Below are positions 13,292-25,367 of a stretch of 64,000 nt of DNA, piece by piece. Origin of the DNA: Octopus sinensis (Eukaryota); the NCBI RefSeq assembly GCF_006345805.1, contig NC_043012.1, positions 22,444,001-22,508,000 of the forward strand. Direction: 5' to 3'. Position 1 is the stretch's first letter; each line of letters starts with the position of its first letter. The position numbers and the translations under genes are program-made. The notes under the pieces are model-generated. The model had not been told where the DNA came from and did not search any database. It saw nothing but the letters and a program-made list of their open reading frames with translations.

Positions 13292-13520
13292 TTAAACCCT
13301 TTTGTTACTGTATTTATTTTGAGATGCTCTTTGTTTCTTTCAATTACTTTAAATATAACAAAGAATTTAGTAAAATAACTTGGTTATCATTCAGTTAGTG
13401 CTAGGAACATAAATTGTGACTAAGGTTTCGTGGAAGAATTTAATTCAAAACTTTTGAAAATAAGACATTTGTACTCAGAACCAGAGCCGGTTTCAGCCAG
13501 GTTGGTAACAAAAAGGTTAA
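13292..13520 (+). mobile_element. piggyBac-type MITE family 2
   Basis: TTAA(A)CCCTTTTGTTAC ... GTAACAAAAAGGTTAA; homologs at 55070-55297 and 37441-37677. Confidence 0.75.
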
Positions 13521-13700
13521 GGCAGCAAGCTGGCAGAAATGTTAGCATGCCAGGCGAAATGCTTAGTGGCATTTTGTCTGTCTTTACATTCTGAGTTCAA
13601 ATTCTGCTGAGGCTAACTTTGCCTTTCATTCTATCAGGGTCGATAAATTAAGTACCAGTTGCATAAAATTTGGGGCCTTGTGCCTTTAGTAAAAAAGACT
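13519..13700 (+). mobile_element. SINE family B (Meta/MESC-like domain)
   Basis: GGCAGCAAGCTGGCAGAA..GAGTTCAAATTC..ACTTTGCCTTTCATTCTATCAGGGTCGATAAATTAAGTACCAG. Confidence 0.75.
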
Positions 13701-13909
13701 GGGATTCAATTTTGGTGGAGTGCGGGCATTGGCCTGTCCACCTAACTAATAGGGTGGCATCATTTGAAAGCTAAAACAATGTAAAGCAGTGTGTTGTGAC
13801 CAGTGGTGAATAAGAACATCCGATAGTTTGGACAATACAATGATACAGTGATATGTATGTGTGTTTGTCTGTCTCTAACTCTCTCTAAACACACACACAG
13901 ACACACACA

Positions 13910-14320
13910 GAACATTAATGGTAAATTAATGCAGAATTTACACCTTCGGTACCCTGACTATAAATTTTCATTTGTACCAAACATCATAGCTGTATCAGGT
14001 TGTGTGCCAACAAATTTACACAGAAACCTAGAAATTCTAGGTTTTCTGAAGAAAGAGCAAAAGAAACTGACATGGATTCTCCAAATCTAATCCATTTGTG
14101 GCACAGTGAAGATCTGTAAGGCATTCCAAAAATTCGCCATCTGAAATTTTTACATGAATAGATGCATATACTTGGGTGTAGACATCTTTCAACCAACACC
14201 CTAACTCAACCACATATTTACAAACACCGGGAACCCTCTTAATGCAAAAAGTCTTGTCACTTTGTTAGCAACCAGTTTGAATTCTTTTAAGAAGAACTTA
14301 ACTAAAATTCAAAGAAAAAA
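13910..14320 (+). mobile_element. 3' end of an RLE-type (R4-like) non-LTR retrotransposon flanked by (AC)n
   Basis: Reads GKLMQNLHLRYPDYKFSFVPNIIAVSGCVPTNLHRNLEILGFLKKEQKKLTWILQI*SICGTVKICKAFQKFAI* (stop 14142-14144), then a 3' UTR and A-rich end; AC repeats on both sides. Confidence 0.7.
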
Positions 14321-15241
14321 ACCACACAAACACACGCACACACACATCCATATCTATAGAATTTGTGTATTGAACATAGCTGTCTTCTGTTTGCCTATGA
14401 ACTTAGCAAAGAATTTATTTGAACTTGAATCTGAACAGAATCCTGTGACCCAAGAACATGCAAATGGGATAGGATAGGAGTAATGGTGATGAGGAAAAAA
14501 ATAAAAAGACCTGCTGCTTGTGCAGCCAAATAAGTTTAAAAAGTGAAAACATGAACCATGGCCATAAAGTTTTGGTAGAGCATTTTTTTTTTCATTCTTA
14601 CAGCTGAAATGTACAATAAACTTTAAAATTTTTAGGATTTCTTTATTTTTTTCCCCCCAGAAAACCTAGAACTACTTTGGACAATACACATGCTGTTGGG
14701 CTAAATATAAATAAAATGTACAATAACCACATCATATGCTTGTCTATATATCTACAATTACATACACACACACACACATACATACATACATACATGCACA
14801 CATACACATAATACATATATATATCTGTGTGTATTTAGATGTATGTGCATGTTTGTGTGCATGTGTGAATATTTGAATGCACATGTAAGTGTGCTTGTTT
14901 GTATGTGTGCATGTGCATGTGTGTGTGTGTGTGTGGTGTGTGTGTGTGTGAGAGCTTTCTTGCATTCATTGATATGTTCCCTCAAAGTTGTCTTTTTTTA
15001 AGGCTTTATGACCATTTCTTTTACTGCAAATTACTTTTATTTATTTATTTATTTACTTTGTTTTCTGAAGTTAGATGTGTTCCTGATTCTAATCAATGAC
15101 CAATCAATATAAATCAATAACCTATACAACAGAAACCTCACAACACCTCCTGGTTCCTAACAAGACCGAATTGAAGTATAAAGTTATTATTATTATCATT
15201 ATTATCATTATTACTAACGTTATAATTATTGTTCTTGTTGT

Positions 15242-15274
<33 letters not shown>

Positions 15275-15781
15275 CACTACCACCACCACTACTACTGCAA
15301 AATTGTTACAAGGGAGATACAAGGTGGGAGTAAGTGTATATCTCCCTCTTTCTTGCTAACATATGACCAACCAGCTGTTGTCCACTTGGCTAGAATTTCT
15401 CTAATTCTCTGACAAGAAGAATTGCTGTCTTTAAGCCCAGCTTTCTGAATTTGATTAAAAACAGATAAATAATAAAGAAATTATGATGGTTAACTTCCAG
15501 TTCTAATCCATTCTTATAATCAATTGTGAAATAACCTTAGCAGAAACTCTACATCTAAGCTACATATCCTTACATTAATATCTTCTTGGAGGCAGATATC
15601 TTCATCACCATCATTGGATTAACTGAAGAATTAATTTACCTTCAGTAATCAGCCAACAGACTGTGACGAATAGAAGTCTGTAGCAATCAGAGTTTTTAGC
15701 CAATTCTTCAGATTTTAAAGCACTTTTGTTGGTGATATTACAACTATGATTTAAAGTATAACGACCTTGTTTTTGTGTATA

Positions 15782-15827
15782 GAGAGTCTGATGAAGGCCA
15801 GCAAGCCCTGACTTCGAAGTCACTGTC
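15782..15827 (+). ncRNA. degenerate minimal hammerhead (GAAA reduced to GA)
   Basis: GAGAGT-CTGATGA-AGGC CAGCAA GCC CT-GA-CTTCGAAG-TC-ACTGTC; stem III palindrome ACTTCGAAGT. Confidence 0.6.
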
Positions 15828-15883
15828 ACCACTCTTCTTGTGAAAGTACAATAAATATGTATTCTACTAAATGTGTTTATGTG

Positions 15884-16230
15884 AAGGCACATGGCTCAGT
15901 GGTTAGAGTGTTGGGCTCACAATTACGAGGTAGTGAGTTTGGTTCCAAGGCTGGACTGTGTGTTGTGTTCTTGAGTAAGACACTTTATTTTCATGTTACT
16001 CCAGTTCACTCAGCTGTAGAAATGAGTTGCAATGTCACAGGTGCCAAGCTGTATCGCCCCTTTGCCTTTCCCTTGAATAACATTGGTCAGTGGTGTGGAG
16101 AGGGGAGGCTGGTATGCATAGGCAACTGCTGGTCTTCCATAAACAACGTTGCCCAGACTTGAACCTCAGAGGGGAACTTTCTAGGTGCAATTCCATGGTC
16201 ATTCATGACCGACGGAAGTCTTTATCCTTC
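15884..16230 (+). mobile_element. tRNA-derived SINE family C
   Basis: A box TGGCTCAGTGG, B-box-like GAGTTTGGTTCC, then TGTGTTGTGTTCTTGAGTAAGACACTTTATTTCA. Confidence 0.8.
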
Positions 16231-16533
16231 ATCTTAATCCTTCAGTTTAATTTGAAATTGTTTTTATAACTGAATAAGAGTTGGTGAGTTGGCAGAACCA
16301 TTTCACATGCCAAACAAAATGTTTATCAGCATTCTATACATTTTTATGTTCCAAGTTCCAATTCCACTGAAGTCAACTTCACTTTTCAGCCTTTTGGAGT
16401 CAAAGAAGTAAGTACTGAGGGGTGATGTAATCAACTGGTCCTCTGCCTTCCAAAACTTTTGTAGCTCAGATGAGTGGAGGCGGAAGGTGACATGCACAAA
16501 CTGGTGTTGCTATAGTAACCAGTTTGCTTTATA

Positions 16534-16705
16534 TCATTCTTTGCTGTTGCCAATGGCTGGTCTCAGTTTGTTGATGAAGTGGGCCTCCATGATTCTGAGA
16601 TGATCTCTGAAGTGTTGAATAGCCTTGATGGATACCTTGATTGGCTTGGATCAAAGAGAACAAGGAATTTTGGTTAAATGAATAACTAAGAATGGCTGTG
16701 ACTGG
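16534..16705 (-). pseudogene. C-terminal remnant of a Penelope-type GIY-YIG endonuclease
   Basis: Reads TAILS..HL..(frameshifts)..IQHFRDHLRIMEAHFINKLRPAIGNSKE*, matching the LxIxEAxxIxKLxPxLN end motif of PLE endonucleases. Confidence 0.55.
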
Positions 16706-17087
16706 TTTTGAACTTTTGATTACTGGACAAAATCTTAAACCCAGTTGTTTGCTGCTGCCCCACAATCACAATATAAAATGTAGAGGGGCGTGTTCTAAGA
16801 GGCACAGGCATGTGTGGTCCAACATATGTTTGCTTCCCAAGCACATGGTCTTGAGTTCAGTCTCCATGTGTGACACTTTGGAAAAGTGTCTTCTACACAC
16901 ACAAACACACACACACACATACACACACACATATACAAGAGGCTTCTTTCAGTTTCTGTCTATCGAATTCACTCCCAAAGCTTTGTTTGGCCCAGGGCTA
17001 CAATAGAAGACACTTGCCACACAGTGAGACTGAACCCAGAACCATGAGGTCGGGAAGCAAACTTCTTACCACAAAGCCATGCCTGCA

Positions 17088-17123
<36 letters not shown>

Positions 17124-17126
<3 letters not shown>

Positions 17127-17634
17127 TCATCATCATCATCATCATTTAGCGTCCGTTTTCCATGCTAGCATGGGTTGGACGGTTCTACTGGGGTCTGTGA
17201 AGCCAGAAGGCTTCATCAGGCCCAGTCAAATCTGGCAGTGTTTCTACGGCTGGATGCCCTTCCTAACGCCACCACTCCGTGAGTGTAGTGGGTGCTTTTT
17301 ACGTGCCACCCGCACTGGTGCCAGACAGAGCTGGCAAACGGCCACGAACGGATGGTGCTTTTTATGTGCCACCGGCACGAGGGCCAGGCGAGGCTGGCAA
17401 CGGACACGAAACGGGGCGGTGCTGGCAACGGTCGCGAAACGGAAAGTTCTCTTACATGCCACCGGCACTGGTAACACATCTGCAATTTCCATTGATCGAT
17501 TTCGATTCTGATCCTCACTTGCCTCAATGGGTCTTCACAAGCAGGGTTTCGACATGCCACCGGCACTGGTAGCACATCCGCAATTTCCATTGATCGATTT
17601 CGATTCTGATCCTCACTTGCCTCAACACGTCTTC

Positions 17635-17636
<2 letters not shown>
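17124..17636 (-). mobile_element. RTE LINE 3' UTR fragment with an internal duplication of about 100 bp
   Basis: ACATGCCACCGGCACTGGTA..CCTCACTTGCCTCAA occurs at 17454-17527 and 17553-17625. Confidence 0.8.
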
Positions 17637-17670
<34 letters not shown>

Positions 17671-17672
<2 letters not shown>

Positions 17673-17910
17673 TAAACACCTTCAAACTCGGGTCCGTGTG
17701 TATCATGAGTTGAAGACGGGGAGGATGACTCCCCTTCACAAATACTGAGAGGACACAGATAGTGTGTCTATAGCCAGCTGGAGGAGATATCTTCCTGGGG
17801 CTACAAACTACAGTAGCATCCACCCTTAGGGGTTAGCCATATTCAAATGGCAAATATGCGTCACGATGTGTTACCGCTACTGTTTATAACTCGCTCTGAG
17901 ATTTATCATT
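17671..17910. other. (TA)n-flanked 240-bp element made of consecutive stem-loops
   Basis: GGGGAG/CTCCCC, GACACA/TGTGTC, TAGCC/GGCTA, GCTAC/GTAGC, ACCC/GGGT, GCCAT/ATGGC. Confidence 0.5.
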
Positions 17911-18163
17911 ATATATATATATATATACATATATACATATGTATATATATATGTGTGTGTGTATAACTGTCACAAGAAGAGGAATGACTGATTTTGAAGT
18001 TTCACTCTGTTAACTTTTAAAGCCACTGTCACCCTTCTTCTTGCAAAAGAAGATTTAAGAGGAAGTCTACAAAAAAGTATTGTGTAATGCTGCAGTTTAA
18101 TGTCACATTGTTTTTATAATAACTTGACATAAAAATAATCTTTAATATTTATGTGTGTATGCT

Positions 18164-18201
<38 letters not shown>

Positions 18202-18256
18202 CATAAATGTAGAATATTGGAATGAGTGCTCAACATCACATTGGTAGATAAATAAT

Positions 18257-18497
18257 TTCTTTATTTGTGAATTAAGGCTACCATTGGTTTCATGTTAAGA
18301 AGAATAGGAGAACATCCAAGTATTTTAATTTTTCAAGCTGATCACATGGAGAAAGGCGTTTTTGGAAGATTGTTTTCCAAAATGGAGGCAGAAACTTTTC
18401 TCCATGTGATCGGCTTGAAAAATTGTTAAGATACTTGGATAGTTTCCGATTCTTCTTAACATGAAACCAAAGGTAACTTTAATTCACAAAAAAAGAA
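18257..18497. repeat. foldback with about 100-bp arms containing a decayed hammerhead
   Basis: Arms 18257-18354 and 18397-18497 are reverse complements with scattered mismatches. Confidence 0.85.
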
Positions 18498-18501
18498 TAT
18501 A

Positions 18502-18671
18502 TATCTGTAAATGTAATATGTGAAAATTATTCTGTAGCCATGATAAAACTCCAAGTTTTGGATACCGAGGTGGAAATCCACGCCGCTATCTCTTCAGTTA
18601 TCTGGCCACTGGAAAAACTGGGAGTTTTATCATGGCTACCGAATAATTGTCACATATTACATTTACAGATA
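18502..18671. repeat. foldback with 58-bp arms enclosing a minus-strand hammerhead (18542-18602)
   Basis: Arms 18502-18559 and 18614-18671; minus strand GATAA-CTGAAGA-GATAGCG..CGGTATC-C-AAAA-CTTGGAG-TT-TTATC. Confidence 0.8.
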
Positions 18672-18751
18672 AATTCCTCTATTTACATAATATCAAGGTC
18701 TCTTTCATTCTTTTGTTTTCTTACATTTCTATCAATATATATATATATATA

Positions 18752-18960
18752 GTTAATCCAAACAAGAAAACAAAAAAACACAATAACGCAAGGACATGGA
18801 ACAAATAAAGTATTATTGGACGCTCAGGAAAGAAGGGAAGAAGGAGGGTTTAACGTTTTGAGCGAAGCTCTTCGTCGGAAACATAGGAGAAGGAAAGATC
18901 CCGAGAAGGGAAGACAGAGGGAAAAAAATCGCCGGTGGTACTCACGAGATCACATACTGA
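18752..18960 (-). mobile_element. (TA)n-embedded short element with variant minimal hammerhead (18848-18882)
   Basis: Minus strand GTTT-CCGACGA-A-GAGC TTC GCTC-AAAA-CG-TT-AAAC; a decayed homolog lies at about 12870-12990. Confidence 0.6.
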
Positions 18961-19387
18961 AATATATATATAAACATACACACACACACAGGCATACATA
19001 CATATATAGTTTTAAAAAATCCTTGTAGCATGCTATGCAAAGCTTGTCCACAGTTATTGGTTACCTGGTGGTATCATACAGCAGAATTGCTATTGCTACT
19101 GGATATACATCAGGAATTTCATAGCATTTGTAGAGTTTATATAAGTAGACAACTAATAGGAAATGGACTGAATGACATTGTTTATTTAGAATCACTACAA
19201 TTGTTTCCTTTAATGGATGATAGGGATTACACAATATGTTAATTATGTCATTGCACCAGTGCATTACGAGTGTAAAAATGGGTTGAAATGGTTGCAGTGA
19301 TTTTAAATAAAGAATGTCGTTCAATCCATTTTCTATTAGTCATCTGCTTATCTATCTAGCTATCTATCTATATGTATACACATATCA

Positions 19388-19450
19388 AGAGAGAGAGAGA
19401 GAGAAAGAAAGAGAGAGGAAGAGAGAGAAAGAAAGAGAGAGAGAGGAAGA

Positions 19451-19481
<31 letters not shown>

Positions 19482-19546
19482 GGGAAGAGAGAGAGAGAGA
19501 AAGAGAGATAGATAGATAAGATAGGTAGGTAGATAAATAGACAGAC

Positions 19547-19623
<77 letters not shown>

Positions 19624-19753
19624 GATAGAAAGATAGATAGAGAGGTAGGTAGGTGGGTATGTAGATAAATGGACAATTAGACAGACAGATAGATAGATAG
19701 ACAGATAGATAGACAGACAGACAGACAGATAGATAGACAGACAAATAGATAGA
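19388..19753. repeat. (GA)n followed by (GATA)n/(GACA)n microsatellites
   Basis: Direct reading. Confidence 0.95.
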
Positions 19754-22350
19754 TTTGTATACGTGTGTGAGTGTGTGTTTGAGTTTCTTTGTTTTGACCT
19801 CATGCAATAATTGTAAACAAGTGTCACTCTCATACAAGTGGAGTCATCTGTTTGTAGTCTGCCATGGAAACATATCTGGCCAAAGGGAAATATAATTTTA
19901 CTTTAGAAACAGATAAATGTTGGTGGCAGGAAATGCATCCATCTGTAGAAAATATGCTTCAACATCTAACCCATGCAAGCATGGAAAATTGGACATGAAG
20001 ATGATGATGAGGAGGAGGGGGAGGAGGATGAATATGATTATCTTCCTAAAATTCAATTCAGTTGAAGAAACTTTTAAAAATAAAAGTGTGTGTGTGTGTG
20101 TGTGTGTGGAGGGGGTAGACCTAACCATGTGATATTACAGATAAATTTACAAAGCTTTTGAAATGACAAATGTTTTGTGTAGCAAAAAGAGATTATATTG
20201 AGTGGTAATCAATAGATTTTCATTTCATTTCATATTCTACACACAGTTATAACCCCAACCCACATATATATACACACACATTTATATTTCACATATACAC
20301 ACACACACATACATACATATATACATATATATATATATACATATACATATATATATATATATACATACATATATATACATATATATACATACATACATAT
20401 ATATACATATATATACATATATATATATATATACATACATATATATACATATATATATATACATACATATATATATATATACATATATATACATATATAT
20501 ATATATACATACATATATATACATATATATATATATATACACACATGTACTATACATGCACACACGTATACATGATTATAATACACATTGTTTTATTTCA
20601 AATTTTACTTATTAACTAACAAATGTGTATACATTACAGACGCATTCATATAATATACATACATGCTGTGTATGTGTGTGTGTGTGGCATTGAGGGTAAC
20701 ACGCCAAGTATATTACCAATAGAGATAAACAAACATCTAATACATTAGTTTTTCCAGTTCCAGTGAATTTCGCTACTTCTATACAGACGTACATTAAAAG
20801 AAGTTACTCGGCCAACGTCATACTGGTGTCTGCCTGTCCAGACTGCGATATGCAACAATACTCTCTGACACATTAAGCGAAACCAATTACATTTACACTT
20901 TGTAGTAGCCAACAACAACAACAACAGCAACAACAATTACTACTATAATATCTTACCAACCAAACAATACTGAGCTTGCTTTTTTTCATTAAATTCTTAC
21001 CCCTCACTAACCCTGACCCTTCCTTTCTATGTTCCTGTCTCCCCTACCACCACCACCATCATCCTCATCATCCTCATCGCCATCATCATCATCTCCTCTA
21101 TTGCTAGCACTTCACTGCATATCTAAAAGTTTGCCCTGCCTGGAGCCATGCTGTTTAAGCTGCACAGCCACAGGAACATCCCGACCTCCTCACAAGTAAT
21201 AACATCCATTCTAAAGCAGCCGCAACCCGTTTTTCTATTCTTTAGGAATAAATTTTGGCAGATAAGGAATGAAAAGGAAGAGAAGGAGATAAAGAAGAAG
21301 GAGAGGAAGAGGAAGCTTGAGAAAAAAGAAAAAGAGGAGAAAAGGAAAATGAAAACCATAATGAAGTCTCGAGGAAGCACACAGTGTGACTGCGTTGATT
21401 TTTCATGTGTTGTTGGTTAAAAGTTTCGGTAAACAAAACATGGGCTTGGAATCGTTGGCTGTAATTCTGAAGAGTTTGGATTAAAGTTAAGATTTCCTAC
21501 ATAATGATATAACACACAGTCAATCAAAGTCGCAAACAAACCATAAATAAATGTTACTTTGAAATACTTATTCAGAATTAAACTATGACCACTGTGAATA
21601 GTCATTGGGGAGGGTGGGGGATGGGGGGGGGGGCAGAGGGAGCGAGAGAGAGATGGAATTGGTGGCTGCAAAGCATTTGATATTAAATGTTCTGTTTGTC
21701 TTTGATTTTTGCCTCAAAGTGATTGAAGCTGTGAATTACTTTAATGAAAAAAAGGATACAAAAATAAAAACTAACAAAAAGAAACAAAACAAATAAAGAA
21801 AAACAAAAGAAAATTTTTCAGCAAAATGGGAAAATTTTTGCTGACTCTTCCCCCCATTCCCTTGAATGCTAGCTAAGCCCTTCTCATTCTCTCTCCTACA
21901 TTTATGTCCTTCTCAAATGGATTTCTTTGTAAATGAAGAGGACTGGAAGGAGAATATATTTAGTTAAATTGCACTCCCCCCCCCCCACACACACACGTAA
22001 TTCTCTTACTGATAATTATTTTATTGGAAGAATTAAGACAAAGTTGTATTCAACAAAGATTGAACTTCCAAAGCAGAGATAAGCAATGAAATATTTCCTA
22101 GTCATTGAGCAGAGTGAATTACTGATTTCCCTGAAAATTCGTTATGACCAGGTGGCCTTCAAATCAAAGGTGATTGAGGTAACAAGTTAATTAACTTGTA
22201 GAAAGAGTAAAAAACAAAACAAAAAAAGTTTAAATACTTACACCACTTGCAGATATAATGGCTTCAGTACCAGGAATGTAGGCCAAATGGGTAACAAAGC
22301 TGCAAAAAGAATATCAGGGAATTATTATTATTATGATTATTATTATTATT

Positions 22351-23252
22351 TAATCAGCATGTTTGTTACAATCACTGGCCGAGACACACCCAGCATCCTA
22401 AGGTGAGTGATGGATAAGAGATGTTACAGTATGACTGAAAGCTTGAGGAGGGGAAGAAGTAGCAGGGGCAACAGCAAAGTATCTTTATGTAAAACAACAC
22501 ATATATTTAAATTGATAGGGTTTTTATAAGGATGTGGGCAGTACTTGTCAGCACAATCTTTTAGGCTTCTCTGAGACACAGTTCCTCTGGGATCTTGTTT
22601 CTGACATACTTTTTTTCATACTTAGGGCACCCACAATATTATTATAGTTATTCCTTCGTAACACAGCATAAGTAAAAATGCACCGGAGTCTTTAGTCACC
22701 TGTCAAGTCACAACAAAGACCTCAAACAGATAATACTTTCCATAAGATGTGTGCTGTGCCCAATAAGGCTGCTTTTTGCAAGACATCAATCTTGCATATA
22801 ATTTCCAGTTGCCTTAAGAAGTTTTGAAGTTTCAATGGGATTGAGCCCAATGCTCCAATCACCACTGCTATCACTTTCACATTACCCTCTCACATTCCAT
22901 ACAGTCTTGCCATTTCCACTTTCAATTCGGAGTACTTGGTGATTTTTTCAACCTCTTTACTCACAACATTCATGTCATTTGGTATAGCTACATCAATGAT
23001 CTGACAGTGTTTGTCTCTTATATTCAAAATGACAATATCCAACCGACAGTGTTCAATTACACGATTCATCTGAAAATCACAGTCCCAGAGTATCATTACT
23101 TTACCATCCTCCTGCATAACTTTACTCGGTACATGCTCATACCAGTTCTCTGTTACTTCATGTTGGTATTTAGGGCGTAAGAGCCAATGAAGATATACAT
23201 ACTTTATTGTGGTGGTGCTTGTATTCTTTTCATGCAAGGCTCTAACATCCAC
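22351..23252 (-). mobile_element. 5'-truncated R4/Dong-like non-LTR retrotransposon (RLE domain plus 3' UTR) inserted in a (TAA)n tract
   Basis: WYEHVPSKVMQEDGKVMILWD..HCRLDIVIL..IIDVAIPND..EKITKYSEL..*EGNVKVIAVVIGALGSIP..LQKAALLGTAHILWKVLSV* (stop 22722-22724); (ATT)n at 22321-22350 and 23253-23295. Confidence 0.85.
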
Positions 23253-23295
23253 TTATTATTATTATTATTATTATTATTATATTATTATTATTATT

Positions 23296-23471
23296 ACGTA
23301 AAAAGCACCCACTACTCTCAGAGTGGTTGGCGTTAGGAAGGGCATCCAGCTGTAGAAACTCTGCCAAATCAAGATTGGAGCCTGGTGTAACCATCTGGTT
23401 CGCCAGCCCTCAGTCAAAATCGTCCAACCCATGCTAGCATGGAAAGCGGACGTTAGACGATGATGATGATG
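23296..23471 (+). mobile_element. short RTE 3' end inserted in the same (ATT)n tract
   Basis: ACGTAAAAAGCACCC..GACGTTAGACGATGATG. Confidence 0.8.
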
Positions 23472-24096
23472 ATTATTATCATTATTATTATTATTATTAT
23501 TATTGAATTTCTGAAAGTTTCAGACAAATTTCCACTGCATCACCTGCTACACATCCATGCTACTGAGGTGTGTGCAGCATTGTGTGTTCTTTTTGTTGGT
23601 GTTGGGGGAGTACAGACTCTTCTCAGTACTGTATTGCATCTATTATGGGGTTTGACATGAGTCTTTTGTTGTGTTAGTGTGCATAGTGTGTGTTGTGTGT
23701 GTAATGTGAGCTGTGTTCTTCTGATGGGTATCTGACCTGTAGAGTACATGTTGTGGGGGTTTATCTTATTGGATATTCATTATATAGAATATTTCTTGTG
23801 TTTGTGGATTGTGCTTTTGAGTTGATATTGTCTTGTGTAGGATGTGGGCTGTTTCTAGCAGTGAATTTCAACAGAAATATGGTAAAAAAAGGGTTATGAG
23901 AGTCAGGTCTTCATATGACAACAATTTGCTCAATTCACAAGATTTTGTAAAATAATTCTTGCATGGTAAAATATAAGCAGTTCACAGAAAATCTTCTCAA
24001 CAAATATCCAGAAAAACTTGATTAAAAGAGTTAATTAGCTCTAATTATTATAAGTTCCACCAAATGATAAATGAAATGTCAACAGTTGGAGTTTTA

Positions 24097-24506
24097 CAAT
24101 ATTTGATGGCATAAAAGATGTATGGGCGTATTAGATGCACCCCACAATTTCAGGAGAATATTTTTTTAGTGCATTAACCACTTAGCAATTAAATCAGCCA
24201 CATCTGGTCAAAATATTCTCCCTGTTTTATGCTCAAGCTGGTCAGATCTGGCCTTTCACACCTACCCAACAATAAGAGTCTAAAAATAAACAATAATATC
24301 ATCAAAATTTCAAAGGTGCAAGTTAATGCATGATTAATTAAAAAAAAAACAATGTGAATAAATAAACATTACATTTGACAGAATAATCTGAAGGCTTAAG
24401 GGTTCAAGCATGCAACAGAGGCCCAAATTTAAATATAAGACCTGGGGTGGATTTTGTGAACCTTTTTTTGGGTCGGGGAGTGCATCTTTTATGCCATCAA
24501 ATACGG
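24097..24506. mobile_element. pogo/Tigger-type MITE with TA target site, containing a nested piggyBac MITE (about 24174-24405)
   Basis: TIRs TA-CAATATTTGATGGCATAAAAGATG and CATCTTTTATGCCATCAAATACGG-TA; interior matches 7613-7815. Confidence 0.7.
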
Positions 24507-24924
24507 TAATATCACATTGCATTGCTGTCACTTGCAAGTGAATTTGACTTCTCTAATTATTTGAGATACTGATATAATCGCTAGTTGATATCAACACCCT
24601 CTTGGCTCTCCCACCCTTGGAAATTTACAACATTGTATTGTTCTAAAAACTCATCACTGTTTGAGGATTGGTCGCATGAAATCCTGAGCAACAGTTTGTA
24701 ATGTCTTTCTGCTTCAAGAAAATATTATTTTATTCGTTTCGTATTTAAGAAACTATCTTTTCACCCTCTTTTGCACATATGAGGTCACACATGTGTACCT
24801 ATAACTATCACTCTCTCTCTATCAATCAATCAATCAATCAATCAATCAAATATATATATTATAGAATCAGGAAATGGGTTACAAGTAAATACTACAATGT
24901 ATTTACATCCCATGCTCTAATAAC

Positions 24925-25367
24925 CCTTTTTACTATAGGCACAAGGCCTGGATTTTGTGAGGAGGGGGATTGTTGATTACATTGACTCCAGTGTTTCCCT
25001 GGTACCTAATTTATCAATCCAGAAAGGATGAAAGGCAAAGTCGACCTTGGTGGAATTTGAACTCAGGACGTAGTGATGAGTGAAATACCACTAAGCATTT
25101 CGTCCAGCGTGCTAACGGTTCTGCCAGCTCACCAATTGACTCCATGCTCTAATAATGATTTCAGATTTTGGCACAAAGTCAGCAGTTTTGAGGAAGGGGC
25201 TAAATCAGTCGACCTCAGTATGAAACTGGTACTTATTTCGTACACTCTGAAAGAATGAAAGGCAAAGGTGACTACAATGGAATTTGAACTTGGAATGAAA
25301 AGATGGACAAAATGCCATGAAGCATTTTGCTCAGCACGCCAGTGATTCTACCATCTCGCTGCCTTAA
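24925..25367 (-). mobile_element. two tandem SINE family B copies
   Basis: GAAAGGCAAAG..GAATTTGAACT..GCATTT occurs twice. Confidence 0.75.

Noticed and set aside
19360-20586. Long ORFs rich in IY, HT, CV and SIYL here and throughout the window
   Set aside because: They are translations of (TA)n, (CA)n and (GATA)n microsatellites
21148-21420. 90-aa ORF with a GCCATG start
   Set aside because: Its C-terminal half is a GAA/GAG low-complexity run and no homology is recognisable
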